DNA from: an uncultured virus (IMG/VR IMGVR_UViG_2576861513_000002)
Lineage: Duplodnaviria > Heunggongvirae > Uroviricota > Caudoviricetes
Length of the DNA stretch: 64,000 nt
Direction: 5' to 3' (one strand)
IMG/VR virus record: IMGVR_UViG_2576861513_000002
The notes under the pieces are model-generated. The model saw only the letters and a program-made list of their open reading frames with translations. It ran no database searches and was not told the DNA's origin. Of the stretch, positions 18,911 to 28,781 are shown in pieces. How positions within the stretch are numbered: position 1 is the stretch's first letter; the number at the start of each line of letters is the position of its first letter. Both the position numbers and the translations under genes were made by a program.

Positions 18911-18982
18911 ATAATCAGGCGCACTGATCCCCTCAGCGGTTACCGTTGCCGATAAGCCGAGTGTGTCCAAATTGAGGGCCAT
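18911..18982 (-). pseudogene. Baseplate J-like gene, 5' 24 codons
   Basis: MALNLDTLGLSATVTAEGISAPDY; ATG abuts the stop of the upstream wedge gene; reads on into FNIYESIR-stop inside the satellite. Confidence 0.92.
18912..18928 (+). repeat. Satellite att site (right)
   Basis: 16/17 match to 6207-6223. Confidence 0.93.
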
Positions 18983-19336
18983 TTATGCCTCGCTGGTTAC
19001 TGTCGTTGTTCCGTAGATAGTGTCGATTTCAGCGAAGAACTGGACGCGGCGCGTCGTAGTGTTCACTGTCGTATTGAAAGAGAGAATGGATTTAACGCCC
19101 CGCGTTTCGAGGATACGCTTACGGATCGCCAGGTTGTAGGTTTCTGGCTTCTGTTTACCGAGTACGGACTGAATCCACGGTGTGCCCTCGGTAGTGTCGA
19201 GGAACCATTGCCCATACCATAATTCGAATCGCGTTTTTACCGCCTGGGCCACGGCCTCGGGTGAGTTAATCAGCCAGGTATCATCGCCGCTGCCAAAGGT
19301 GTAATCACCGTCGGCGTCTTCACGTCTGTATCGCAT
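18983..19336 (-). CDS. Baseplate wedge / sheath initiator (gp25/gp46-like)
   Basis: GQWFLDTTEGTPW motif; lies between spike and J. Confidence 0.82.
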   Translation of the reverse strand: MRYRREDADGDYTFGSGDDTWLINSPEAVAQAVKTRFELWYGQWFLDTTEGTPWIQSVLGKQKPETYNLAIRKRILETRGVKSILSFNTTVNTTTRRVQFFAEIDTIYGTTTVTSEA

Positions 19337-20091
19337 CAGTTTGGCGCTCCTGTATTACCGCCGCCGGTCTGTACTCCGCCGTGCGTATGCGTCATCAGAC
19401 TCTTACCACCGGCTTTTACATCGTTAGTCACCGTGACAGGGCCGAGCATCGTCGCGGTACCGCCACTTGCGCCCATACCCTGAGAGAGATTCCCGTTTAT
19501 TGTCACGTTCCCGTTAAGCGTGATAGTGGGTGATGTGATCGTGGTTCCTCCTTCTGCTGTCGCCGTCAGCGCGCCGGGGGTTTTAACCGTGATGTTATGA
19601 CCTGCGGCCACTTCAACAAACGCAGCGCCATCATCAGTGCGCAGCTGCGCGCCACTGGTGCTGATTCCGCTGATTTTCTGTGCCTGTGACTGGGGCCCGA
19701 CGATACAGAACGCATCCGATAAATCATGCACCCGGTCGTCGACAGGCTCCTGCACCCCGCCGTTCTGCCACCAGAAATCGATGCAGCGATCGGCGAAAAT
19801 CACCAGGCATTCATCACCAGCTTTAACCGGGAACGTTAGCGTGCAGCCGCCCCCGCGCGGAAATACCACCGGCACATCCACCAGCAGCGGGTAATTTTTG
19901 GTAACGCGGTTGCCGTCGTTATCGGTTTCAACAGAGCGGATAGCAGGCTGCACAACCGCCGTCACCGCGTCAGGGTCGAATGACTGAACGATTCCAGGCA
20001 AAGCGACGCGGATCTGGTTTTTTGTCGTGTCCCGCTCAGATTTGAATGTTTCGGCAAGGTCGCCGCTGCGGGTCTGGTCAGATACTGCCAT
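19336..20091 (-). CDS. Helper baseplate spike (Gp138-like)
   Basis: OB-fold motifs, beta-helix repeats, HTHGG tip. Confidence 0.92.
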   Translation of the reverse strand: MAVSDQTRSGDLAETFKSERDTTKNQIRVALPGIVQSFDPDAVTAVVQPAIRSVETDNDGNRVTKNYPLLVDVPVVFPRGGGCTLTFPVKAGDECLVIFADRCIDFWWQNGGVQEPVDDRVHDLSDAFCIVGPQSQAQKISGISTSGAQLRTDDGAAFVEVAAGHNITVKTPGALTATAEGGTTITSPTITLNGNVTINGNLSQGMGASGGTATMLGPVTVTNDVKAGGKSLMTHTHGGVQTGGGNTGAPN

Positions 20092-20109
20092 TTGGTAGGC
20101 TCCAGAAAG

Positions 20110-20133
20110 CAAAAACCCGCCGGGTGGCGGGTT
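20110..20133 (-). terminator. Intrinsic terminator
   Basis: AACCCGCC-loop-GGCGGGTTTTT. Confidence 0.72.
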
Positions 20134-20554
20134 AGTTGAATGTTTTATAGGTAACAGTTCGGTTTTTGTCTCCTACCGTCCCGTAGCACTCTATTGTATG
20201 AGTGATTCGACTATTGAAGGCGTTCATTCCAGAAAAATGCAGGGTAAAGTAATAAACTTGCTTTCCATTTTTCTCGTCGATCCCGCTTTCAGTCTGTTCG
20301 GTTTCGAATGTGTCCGGCAACGATAAAGAAGATCGGGCGATATCCTTACAGGTAAATATCACTTCATTCTTTAAAAGAACATCCTCTGACAAAGTAGGAG
20401 TATTACTTGATTGTTGCGCTGCAGCCTTTTCAGGGGCTTCGGTATTACCAGACACTTTGTCAGTTTCATTGTTTTTATGGTTTCCAATTAAATAACCTAC
20501 AACAATGACAACTAATAAAACTATTTTCTTTGACCTGCTGACCGCCATAAACAA
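20132..20554 (-). CDS. Membrane-anchored moron protein
   Basis: N-terminal hydrophobic segment, AT-rich, two Cys. Confidence 0.7.
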   Translation of the reverse strand: MFMAVSRSKKIVLLVVIVVGYLIGNHKNNETDKVSGNTEAPEKAAAQQSSNTPTLSEDVLLKNEVIFTCKDIARSSLSLPDTFETEQTESGIDEKNGKQVYYFTLHFSGMNAFNSRITHTIECYGTVGDKNRTVTYKTFN

Positions 20555-20569
20555 AGTCCATTAATTACT

Positions 20570-20923
20570 TTAATCAGAAACTTTTTTGCATGGGAAAGAG
20601 CCGATAACTTTCGGCGCGTCCATACTATTCTGCAGCAGTTGGACATTCAGGAATCGCGTTTCGGTACCCGGACGGCGAATGTATTCAAAGCCATAATTGT
20701 TGCCATCTTTAGCAGGCATAAGCCCCATGTCTGCCTTCATACCGTTTCCATTACCGAGAGTTTTGATTTTCTGGGAGGTAACAGTCTCACCATTAATCCT
20801 GAACAATGAGTCAGGAACCAACTCCAATTTGTAACCACCACATTGCAATGTGATGCCGCCGGGATTTGCAGCAAAAGCTAACCCAGGCAGGAAACAGAGT
20901 CCGATAACAATCAACTTTTTCAT
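20570..20923 (-). CDS. Exported two-Cys protein
   Basis: MKKLIVIGLCFLPGLAFA signal peptide; paralogue in the satellite. Confidence 0.85.
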   Translation of the reverse strand: MKKLIVIGLCFLPGLAFAANPGGITLQCGGYKLELVPDSLFRINGETVTSQKIKTLGNGNGMKADMGLMPAKDGNNYGFEYIRRPGTETRFLNVQLLQNSMDAPKVIGSFPCKKVSD

Positions 20924-20925
20924 TC

Positions 20926-21990
20926 TTATCCTTCCCGCTGTAAAGACGACGACGAACGGAGGTCCGCCGCGCCACGCGCTTCGCACATCATATCCATGTA
21001 CCACGCCTGGCCCCTTGTGTCGCCAGTGTACATAATCCCGCGCACAATATAAACGCCATCCGTTGCGATGCTGGCAGGCTGCGCCGTGGTGCCGCTGAGC
21101 GTGATATTTCCGTCCGTGTTCTGGTCGGTGATCTGCCCACCGGCCATAGCGATATCGTTGTTCGACAGTGCGGTGCGATACACGGAAGCCTGATCCAGCT
21201 GAATGAGCCCGTTAACCCGGATGTTCGGGTTAATCAGCGCGCGGACGTTTACGCCGTTGCCGATGGTCTGCTGCGGCATGCCGATCAGCCCGGTGGCGCT
21301 GTTGAGCACAATCGCGTCGTGAACATACTCGTTATTCGCCACCATTTGGCGCTGACCGTCCACGAATTGCCATGTTGCCCCACATTGTCCGGCCACGTTA
21401 TCCATAAGATGCCGTGTCATGCCGAACAGCACCCGGCCCCGGGGGAAGACGGTAGCAGGCATTTCAGGCGTCAGACCTTCGGTAGCACCTTTGGCCTCGA
21501 AGTCTTTCATTAGCGCGCGGTTCACGTCAGCGACCGTATAACCGGCCGCCAGCGTCTGCGAGGTTATGCTGGTGGCAAAAGCCAGATCCGTATCGGCTGC
21601 CTGAATCAGGACGTAGGAATCAATAGGGCTGTCTTTACCAGTGACCGAGTAGCGAATTTCGCCGCAGAAAATCAGCCCGTAGTTGCGGCCATCACTCTGG
21701 CCCACGTCCGCCGCGTCGACTTCACGCACGGTCCCGACGTCGCTTGCCGATACCTCCGGCGCGATACCGTCGTAACCTGCAATCAGCCGCACTTTCGAAA
21801 ATTCCTGCCCGGTGATGCGGTTCACCGTATCGGCTGACAGGTTGTAAATCTTGAACGTTCCCACCCGGGACGCGCTGCTGATGTTGAACCAGTCGATCGT
21901 AAAGGTCACTTTAAAATCGCTGAGCTCAATACCCTGCCCGTTCTCGTCCACGAGCTGCAGCTCGAAATGTCTCATCCAGTTCTGTGACAT
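20926..21990 (-). CDS. Helper baseplate hub protein
   Basis: Size and position between plug and spike. Confidence 0.85.
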   Translation of the reverse strand: MSQNWMRHFELQLVDENGQGIELSDFKVTFTIDWFNISSASRVGTFKIYNLSADTVNRITGQEFSKVRLIAGYDGIAPEVSASDVGTVREVDAADVGQSDGRNYGLIFCGEIRYSVTGKDSPIDSYVLIQAADTDLAFATSITSQTLAAGYTVADVNRALMKDFEAKGATEGLTPEMPATVFPRGRVLFGMTRHLMDNVAGQCGATWQFVDGQRQMVANNEYVHDAIVLNSATGLIGMPQQTIGNGVNVRALINPNIRVNGLIQLDQASVYRTALSNNDIAMAGGQITDQNTDGNITLSGTTAQPASIATDGVYIVRGIMYTGDTRGQAWYMDMMCEARGAADLRSSSSLQREG

Positions 21991-21992
21991 GC

Positions 21993-22295
21993 TTACTCCA
22001 TTGATACCAGTAAATGACTGCGGCCGCCCAGGTCGGTTTTTGTCGGATAATCCTGTGTGCTGTCGTCACAGACCACCACCAGCTTAAAGCCAAGCCCCAT
22101 ATAGGCGTACTGCGCCAGCAGGTCAGCGCCCGTGACGAGAGGAATACCGGAGATTACCGGCTCCCCTCTGTCGTTCTGCAGGTCCATAATCCAGTACATA
22201 TCGCGCCAGGTGATACTAATCCGCCAAGTGGTCCCCGCCAGGATGATGCTGAATTGCTGGTTATCCGCTGTAAGCGGGATTTCCTGAATTGCCAT
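21993..22295 (-). CDS. Baseplate plug-like protein
   Basis: GIPLVTGADLLAQY motif; synteny. Confidence 0.78.
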   Translation of the reverse strand: MAIQEIPLTADNQQFSIILAGTTWRISITWRDMYWIMDLQNDRGEPVISGIPLVTGADLLAQYAYMGLGFKLVVVCDDSTQDYPTKTDLGGRSHLLVSME

Positions 22296-22882
22296 TAGCC
22301 GAGTCCCAGTAATGACGCCGCGTTACCCGTGATGCTTTTCAGCAGCGAGGTATTTGGCGGCTTTGTGGTTTTGTTGCCGGTATTCAGTACCGCCGACGTG
22401 CTGGCCCCGTCCTTCATGTTGGTTTTATCCGCGACGGTGATCTGCTGAGTCTGCGAGATAAGAACCTCCCTCAGGGTGAGGACGGCGGACAGGACGTTTT
22501 CGGTTGTCTTGTCTGTCGTCACTTCCAGCGCGCGGATCAGCATGTTGCTATACAGCCGTTTGCCGGTCACCACGTCGAAAGGAATACGGCTCGCCTGCAG
22601 GTCAAGTATCTCCTGATACGTCTGCTGGGGACTCAGCCCGAGAAGACTGGTGGCCGTCAGGTTACTGGCAAAGTCCAGCAACGATCCGCCACCAGCGAAA
22701 CCGACCTCCATCACCACTTCAGACGGTTTTTTGTAGGCATGGTCGGCGATGGCGGCCCCGACCTCGACAGGGTGCTCGGTTATCTCCAGCGTGTCGGTAT
22801 GTTTCTCAGAAACAACCACGCTGGGGACAATCATCCCTATTTTCCGGGTCTGCTGTTGAAAGAGAGTTGAGAGAATATCCAT
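22295..22882 (-). CDS. Tail tube initiator / Dit-like protein
   Basis: ITEHPVEVGAAIADHA motif; follows the tape measure gene. Confidence 0.8.
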   Translation of the reverse strand: MDILSTLFQQQTRKIGMIVPSVVVSEKHTDTLEITEHPVEVGAAIADHAYKKPSEVVMEVGFAGGGSLLDFASNLTATSLLGLSPQQTYQEILDLQASRIPFDVVTGKRLYSNMLIRALEVTTDKTTENVLSAVLTLREVLISQTQQITVADKTNMKDGASTSAVLNTGNKTTKPPNTSLLKSITGNAASLLGLG

Positions 22883-25098
22883 TAGCCCACCTTCGTTTGA
22901 TTACCGCGCATAACCTGGGCGTTTGCCGACTGCTGTCGACGCTCGACCTCGGTACCAACAGAACGCGGATCACCACCACCGTAAATGTGATAGGTGTTCT
23001 GCTGCTGTACCTGCGCACCCTTTCCGGGCATGTTACTCAACACCTTAGGAATGTAGTTGCGGGTTTCCTGCGGCATCAGGGCCATCCCATGTTTCTGCAC
23101 GTTCCCGATCCCCCAGTTGTATGAGGCCAGCGCCTTGCTCAGGTCACCGCCATTCGCCTTCAGCAATTGTGAGAGATATTTAGCGGCTGCCTGCGCGGCC
23201 TTTTCAGGATTGAATACGTCGTTCCCGCGCAGTCCCATGTCACGCGCGGTACCGTCCATAAACTGAAACAGCCCTTTAGCGCCAGCCCCTGAAACAGCAA
23301 ACTGATTACCGCCCGATTCTGTTATGGCCACACTACGCAGCAAACCTTCCGGAAGCCGGTAGAGCTGTTCCAGGCTGGTGAGCATCGGTTGCATCCATCC
23401 CAGCAGCTCAGAGCCTGCTTTTGTAGGCTGCGGCTGCTTAACCCCTGAAAGAGGTAAGCCACTCGCATCTGTGGGGGTGAATGCTGCCGCCTCTGCAGTC
23501 GGGAACATACCATCAGCAATTTGTTTTATACCCTCTGCAATTTTGCCGAGCACGCCGGTACTACGGCCGTGATATTCAGCAGCCTCTTTCCGTGATTTTT
23601 CCTGTGTGCCGTTCAACTCATCAATTTGCGGATCACGCTTGTCCTCATGAATCCCGCGAGCCTCTCCAGCCTCGCTACCAAACAGCCAGCCTTTGACGGT
23701 TTTACCCACATTTCGCGGATCGAACCCCAGATTGTCGTTAAACCATTCCGCCGTCTGGTTAGCGCTATCCGTCACTTCAGGCATTGCTGACGGTTTATCG
23801 CTCCCCTGATTCAGGAGCTGCTTACCAACACTGGCCGCATCAGCCCAGCGCCCGTCTTTAATGGCGTTCAGCAGGTCGGCGATCATATTCAGCATCCTGC
23901 TGAACTCGCCCATCTGGTCGATGAAGTTGCTGAAATCCCACTTCAGGGACCATGATTTAGGGTCAATGTTGAGCAGTTTCGCCAGCGCTTTCGCCAGTTC
24001 GTTAACGGTCGTTTTAAGGTCACGAACCATCTTCAGCGCGGCATCGACTTCCGGCTTCCACTTGCCCCAGTCAATCAGGCTGTCCCCGCCTTCCTTCCAG
24101 GTCTGATAGTCCTCCCACAGAAGGGCAATCCCCGCCGCCAGCGCGGTAATGAGGCCAATCGGCGACATCCAGAACGTACTGTTCAGAATGCGCAGCGCAA
24201 TCGTCAGCGCGCCGAACAACGAGATTAGCTCCCGCGTTTGCTTATCCAGCGATTGCCACCAGGTGATAAGGCTGGATGTCCCCTCAATAAGCCGGAAGAA
24301 CAGCCGCCCAATAATGTCCCCGAGCGCCAGAATGCCTTTTATGGCTTTCGTCAGGGTCTGCTCGATGCGCGGAAAGTTATCCAGGATGTGGCGGCGCAGC
24401 GTGTCCAGCGAACCCGCCAGACCACCAGCAAGATTAGAGCCGATTTTGTCACGGGCCATGCCTGCCATCGCGCCGAACTCGCGCAGGGAGGTCATGAATT
24501 TGTTGGAGCTTCTGGCCGCCTCGTCAGCATTGAAGCCGATAGCTTTCGCCATTGCGCTGTACTGCCCGGAGAAACCGCCCACACCCCGACGCATCGCCAT
24601 GAGGGTATTTTCGTCAATGCCCAGCATCTGCGCATACTGGTTAGCCCGGTAGTACGGCATGCTGCTGAGCTTCTGGCCGACGCCCGTAAAGATAGCGGCC
24701 ATGTCGCGCATGTTGCCGCTGGCGTCACGGGTCTGTACGCCCAGGCGATTCAGAAAGCCTTCCGCACCGGGATTGTTACGAACAAACCGGGAGAGGTTTT
24801 CCAGAGAGGATCGCGCCGCGTCAACGCTGCCGCCTACCTGCGAAACCGCATAGCCAATAGACTGAATCCCCTGAACCGTCGCGCCGGTGCGCTGTGACGC
24901 CCAGTAGAGATTATCCAGACCGGAGGCGATCTTAGCCGTGAAGGCCACCACGGTAAGCGCGGCACCTTCGACGGCCAGCCCCATTTTGATGGCGTTTGCG
25001 GTCGTACCGGCGAGAACAGAATCGAACTTTGACGCGCCCGCTTCATCGATATCGAAGCCGAGCGAGACGAGAAAATCTTTAATAGTCTCAGCGTTCAT
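22882..25098 (-). CDS. Tape measure protein with C-terminal lytic transglycosylase (SLT)
   Basis: TESGG...GAKGLFQFM...ASYNWG...ETRNYI. Confidence 0.92.
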   Translation of the reverse strand: MNAETIKDFLVSLGFDIDEAGASKFDSVLAGTTANAIKMGLAVEGAALTVVAFTAKIASGLDNLYWASQRTGATVQGIQSIGYAVSQVGGSVDAARSSLENLSRFVRNNPGAEGFLNRLGVQTRDASGNMRDMAAIFTGVGQKLSSMPYYRANQYAQMLGIDENTLMAMRRGVGGFSGQYSAMAKAIGFNADEAARSSNKFMTSLREFGAMAGMARDKIGSNLAGGLAGSLDTLRRHILDNFPRIEQTLTKAIKGILALGDIIGRLFFRLIEGTSSLITWWQSLDKQTRELISLFGALTIALRILNSTFWMSPIGLITALAAGIALLWEDYQTWKEGGDSLIDWGKWKPEVDAALKMVRDLKTTVNELAKALAKLLNIDPKSWSLKWDFSNFIDQMGEFSRMLNMIADLLNAIKDGRWADAASVGKQLLNQGSDKPSAMPEVTDSANQTAEWFNDNLGFDPRNVGKTVKGWLFGSEAGEARGIHEDKRDPQIDELNGTQEKSRKEAAEYHGRSTGVLGKIAEGIKQIADGMFPTAEAAAFTPTDASGLPLSGVKQPQPTKAGSELLGWMQPMLTSLEQLYRLPEGLLRSVAITESGGNQFAVSGAGAKGLFQFMDGTARDMGLRGNDVFNPEKAAQAAAKYLSQLLKANGGDLSKALASYNWGIGNVQKHGMALMPQETRNYIPKVLSNMPGKGAQVQQQNTYHIYGGGDPRSVGTEVERRQQSANAQVMRGNQTKVG

Positions 25099-25333
25099 TA
25101 TCCTCTCTCCATTTCTCAATACGGCGCTGGTTGTCAGCTTTAACGGCAAGGTGGTCATTCATCAGCGCGATATCGCACAGATCGACAGATCCATCCTTCA
25201 GCGCGTAATAAGGGATTAACCCGGCGTCAACCGGGTCAAGGAGATAAGACAGCCCGTCAGGCAGGCTGTTGAGGGTTAACCCTGAGGCTGGCCCGGCGTC
25301 GCGCTGGTAGGGCTCACGGGCAAAAAATTTCCC
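25088..25333 (-). CDS. Tail assembly chaperone extension (gpT-like), reached by -1 frameshift
   Basis: -1 frame is open from GGGAAATTTTTTG through PVDAGLIPYYALKDGSVDLCDIALMND to TGA at 25088. Confidence 0.8.
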   Translation of the reverse strand, partial: GKFFAREPYQRDAGPASGLTLNSLPDGLSYLLDPVDAGLIPYYALKDGSVDLCDIALMNDHLAVKADNQRRIEKWREDNER

Positions 25334-25728
25334 AGTGAATCGGCGACCACCCGCGCCACCAGCTGCAGCATGGTCAGCAGGTCGATATCATCGAACATCA
25401 GCTGACCGCTGTTAAATACCGGCGTCCATCCGTCCATGTGCTTGCGTGATACCACAGCCAGGCACGGATGAATAATCGCGTTGGTGTCTTCTTCGGTCAG
25501 GGAAGACAGTTTTTCAGCGATACACGGCAGCAGGGTTTCAAACACCGGTTGTAGTTTATCGAATTTCACGTTGTCGATTTTGCCATCAGCAGGCAGAAGG
25601 GAGCGAATGCTCCCGAAATCTGACATCATCCCCGCCAGCACCGGCAGCAGTTTGCGGGTCACTTTCAGCTGGTCAAAAACGCTGAGTTTTGCCACGCGGT
25701 AATCGTGGCCTTTGATTGAGCATTCCAT
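25276..25728 (-). CDS. Tail assembly chaperone (gpG-like)
   Basis: Lies between tube and tape measure; slippery site near its end. Confidence 0.85.
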   Translation of the reverse strand: MECSIKGHDYRVAKLSVFDQLKVTRKLLPVLAGMMSDFGSIRSLLPADGKIDNVKFDKLQPVFETLLPCIAEKLSSLTEEDTNAIIHPCLAVVSRKHMDGWTPVFNSGQLMFDDIDLLTMLQLVARVVADSLGNFLPVSPTSATPGQPQG

Positions 25729-25731
25729 CTG

Positions 25732-26172
25732 TTAAAACTCTCCGAGAACCTGGTCGATTTTGCCGCAGTCAAACACCCAGGGCATCGTATTACCGGCTTT
25801 AGCGTTGGCGTTATCCGGCTGTTTCTGGAACGCCACGCTGCGCGCCGTGATGATGTCACCGCTCACCTTGTTTCGGATCACAATGACGTTGTTTCCCCAG
25901 GTGCCTGAGGACTGACTCTGCGCGTTGTACGCCAGCGACAGCTTTTTGTTTGTCGGCGAGGTCTTCAGCAAATTGACGGTTACCGTGCCGCTTTTATCCG
26001 CGTGCAGGCTGTGCATCACTTCGCCGTCAGCGCCGATGGTCATGGTATTTTTGGGGCCGCCCATTGCAACGATAATCCCCTCCTCTGAACTGGCGGAACC
26101 GTAGCCCAGATCAATCTCGCCGGTCGGGCCGGAGAGGGACGCCGTGACGTCCATAAAAGAATAAGTAGCCAT
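25732..26172 (-). CDS. Tail tube protein (DUF3277-like)
   Basis: MATYSFMDV...IGADGE; follows the sheath gene. Confidence 0.88.
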   Translation of the reverse strand: MATYSFMDVTASLSGPTGEIDLGYGSASSEEGIIVAMGGPKNTMTIGADGEVMHSLHADKSGTVTVNLLKTSPTNKKLSLAYNAQSQSSGTWGNNVIVIRNKVSGDIITARSVAFQKQPDNANAKAGNTMPWVFDCGKIDQVLGEF

Positions 26173-26183
26173 TCATGTTCTCC

Positions 26184-27329
26184 TTAGCGAACGACGTTGA
26201 TCTGAACATCAGCGAAATGAACCGCGCCAGCCAGCTTACAGGCCACCTGAATAACCGGTGCCTTACGTGCTTCACGGTCTGCCTGCGCCTGCTCTGAAAT
26301 CGGCTGCGCGTAGACGTAATAGCCTTTTGTCAGCGTGTCGCCGGAATCCAGCTGCCCAATCGGGCCACCGTTCCATACGCCAGCAGCCACCAGCCCGTTC
26401 GTGACTGACTGATCCATCGACTGTTCAACATTGGAAAGCAGACGCGTAACGCCAGCATCGGTCTGTGGGACTTTGGTTGTGCTGGTGTAGAGCAGGTTGT
26501 ACAGGTTGGTCTGAACGTAGTTCTGCAGCCAGTCGAGCCCGTGGCGTTCGTCGAAGAAATCACCGCTGGACATGACGCCCTGCTGCAGGATGGCTGTATC
26601 GTTCTGGTAGTACACAAATACGTTGCAGTTCTTGGCATCCAGCGCCGCCGCCTGATTGGTGGTCAGGGTTTCATACGTGATCCCCGGCTCCTGTTTGAAC
26701 TTCAGGGTAATGGTGGTGTTACTGCCGTTGAAATTCACCGTAAACGCGCGGCCAAATGCAGACAGTGCGGCGTACTTGCTGCTGGTGGAATACTGCACAA
26801 ACGTGCGAGCGTATTTTGCCGCCTTCAGCTTATAAGCCAGATCGGTAGTGGAGGTCGCGTTTACTGTCTCAGGATCTGCAGTGGTAATTGCCAGAATTCG
26901 GCTGAGACTGGAGGCCTCGATCGCAGCGGCCACGCTCAGCCAGTCGGCATCGTCGATATCTTCATCGTCAGCAACGGCCAGACCGTACCAGTTCGTGTAA
27001 TTCAGAACGGCGTTAACGGCCTGCAGCAGCGTTTCCGTCGAACCACTTTCAGCCGATACCAGCGTTTTAGCCCAGCGACCGACATACACCTGCTGAGGTT
27101 TCGGTGATTGCGAGAAATACACCGTAGCGGCTTCATATTCCGGGCTATCCACGCCGAAATCTGTGCCGATATCTTCCGGGGATGAGTAGAGGCGAATGCG
27201 CTCAGAAACCGGGATAACTGTAGAGCTCCCGAGAATTAGCAGCGAACCAAAGTTTCGACCAGTAGCCGCACGCGGCCCAATGATCACGTCGACATTAACG
27301 ACGTTCGATACAGGTAATCCCTGCGGCAT
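26184..27329 (-). CDS. Tail sheath protein (DUF3383-like)
   Basis: [24 protein letters not shown]. Confidence 0.9.
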   Translation of the reverse strand: MPQGLPVSNVVNVDVIIGPRAATGRNFGSLLILGSSTVIPVSERIRLYSSPEDIGTDFGVDSPEYEAATVYFSQSPKPQQVYVGRWAKTLVSAESGSTETLLQAVNAVLNYTNWYGLAVADDEDIDDADWLSVAAAIEASSLSRILAITTADPETVNATSTTDLAYKLKAAKYARTFVQYSTSSKYAALSAFGRAFTVNFNGSNTTITLKFKQEPGITYETLTTNQAAALDAKNCNVFVYYQNDTAILQQGVMSSGDFFDERHGLDWLQNYVQTNLYNLLYTSTTKVPQTDAGVTRLLSNVEQSMDQSVTNGLVAAGVWNGGPIGQLDSGDTLTKGYYVYAQPISEQAQADREARKAPVIQVACKLAGAVHFADVQINVVR

Positions 27330-27332
27330 AAT

Positions 27333-27878
27333 TTAGTCTCCGAAAAATGAGACGGGCGCATCTTGCAGCGTCCGGACGTTGTAGGTACGAATGTTTTTGC
27401 GGGACAGCGTGATGGTGAGGTCGTAGCGTCTCACCCACTGGTTGTTAATAAGTTCTGGCAGGTTGTAGATAGTCCCGGCCTCCACCAGCGAAAGCCCCGA
27501 GCGATTCAGTTCGGCGTTGTTTTGCTCAACGAATATCCCCGCGCGGAAAGTTGATGCAGTGTTGGCCCCCAGAGGGCCATAGAAGCAGCAAATCACCGTT
27601 ACCTGTTCCCATGTCCATTGCTCGGACTGTTCTTCCGAAACCTGAACATCGGACTGGCTTAACGGCTGGGGAACGGTAGTGATACCGAAGGCGCACCACG
27701 TCACCCCGTTGTTTGGGATCTGCGGCTGCGGGTCAGTCCATCGGGGGAAAACAAGCGCGGCCGGCAAGCCAGAAACGCCACGAATCCACCGGCTGATTTC
27801 ACGCTCCAGCGCCTCGTCATACTGGGGGCTATCCCCGACAGGCGTCAGATAACCGCGCGCGGTGCTGTCGTTACTCAA
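27333..27878 (-). CDS. Tail terminator / neck protein
   Basis: Synteny; probable TTG start overlapping the upstream stop. Confidence 0.75.
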   Translation of the reverse strand: MSNDSTARGYLTPVGDSPQYDEALEREISRWIRGVSGLPAALVFPRWTDPQPQIPNNGVTWCAFGITTVPQPLSQSDVQVSEEQSEQWTWEQVTVICCFYGPLGANTASTFRAGIFVEQNNAELNRSGLSLVEAGTIYNLPELINNQWVRRYDLTITLSRKNIRTYNVRTLQDAPVSFFGD

Positions 27879-28275
27879 CTGGCGTCCCTCCGTTAAAGTC
27901 CACCAGCTCACAATGCGCCTGGACGAATCCGGCTCCGTAACTGGTGTACGGATCGACAAATGTCACCCGGTAAGCACGCCCGTTATAGCTCACGATATCG
28001 GCATCAAGTCGCGGGGCGCTGTCTGTACCGGGCTGGCCCTGGGTTAATCTGAACTGCGTCACGATGAGGATAGCGCCGCTAATGTTCTGGCCTGCCGCCA
28101 TTCGCCTGGCTTCCAGAGAACGGTCGACCGTCACCACGCCAGAGAACGGGATATCTTGAGCTGTGTTTTTCGTGAAATTGTCCTCATCCACCGTCTGAAC
28201 CTGTCGGTGACAAACCAGACTGGTGTCCATGAAGTCGGGATCGAGAAGAACATCGCTCACATCGAGAAGAGGCAT
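27871..28275 (-). CDS. Head closure / head-tail adaptor
   Basis: MPLLDVSDVLLDPDF; synteny. Confidence 0.75.
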   Translation of the reverse strand: MPLLDVSDVLLDPDFMDTSLVCHRQVQTVDEDNFTKNTAQDIPFSGVVTVDRSLEARRMAAGQNISGAILIVTQFRLTQGQPGTDSAPRLDADIVSYNGRAYRVTFVDPYTSYGAGFVQAHCELVDFNGGTPVE

Positions 28276-28781
28276 TATTTTTTCCTCACAACGTAGTTAA
28301 TTGAGCGCAGCAGGTAACCGTGGGCATACAGCGGCTTGTCGCCGGGAATGCCCTCGGCCCGTCTGCGTTCGAGGGTTTTCTCAGAAAGTGGGTGCAGCCG
28401 GTCACCAGCACCAATAACGGCTTTTGCAGCGTCACGGGCAATCTGTCCGGCGCTTTCCAGCTCACGCACTGCTGCTTCAGTCTGCCCCTCCAGCGCGGCG
28501 GTTGCCGCTGCCTTGAGGTGTGCAGTGGTTCGGGGTTTTGAATCCTCGATCCCCATATCCAGAAAAGGACGCGGGGGGAGCGTGACCGTTGTACCGTCGA
28601 TTTCCACCGTTGCGCCAGTCGAGTGGAGGTAGCCCAGTTCCGCGTTATTAATCGGAGAGCCATCCTCACGCCCTGCCTTGTCCTCAGGTATTCCCACCAG
28701 CACGTCCATTCCGGATAGCTGGCGGAGGGATTCCAGAACAGCCACGGCGTTATCAGCACGAACCGTTAACCCGCTTTTCAT
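28275..28781 (-). CDS. Neck / tail completion protein
   Basis: LPPRPFL, PLSEKTL, KPL...G.LLRSI. Confidence 0.78.
   Translation of the reverse strand: MKSGLTVRADNAVAVLESLRQLSGMDVLVGIPEDKAGREDGSPINNAELGYLHSTGATVEIDGTTVTLPPRPFLDMGIEDSKPRTTAHLKAAATAALEGQTEAAVRELESAGQIARDAAKAVIGAGDRLHPLSEKTLERRRAEGIPGDKPLYAHGYLLRSINYVVRKK

Larger units (their letters stand above)
6207..18928. mobile_element. P4/PICI-like phage satellite nested in the helper baseplate J gene
   Basis: 17-bp direct repeats; int-alpA-C4/icd-primase backbone; 12.7 kb. Confidence 0.93.

Noticed and set aside
6207..18928. Classification as canonical P4 or cf-PICI
   Set aside because: No recognisable sid, psu, delta, capsid, portal or terL genes.
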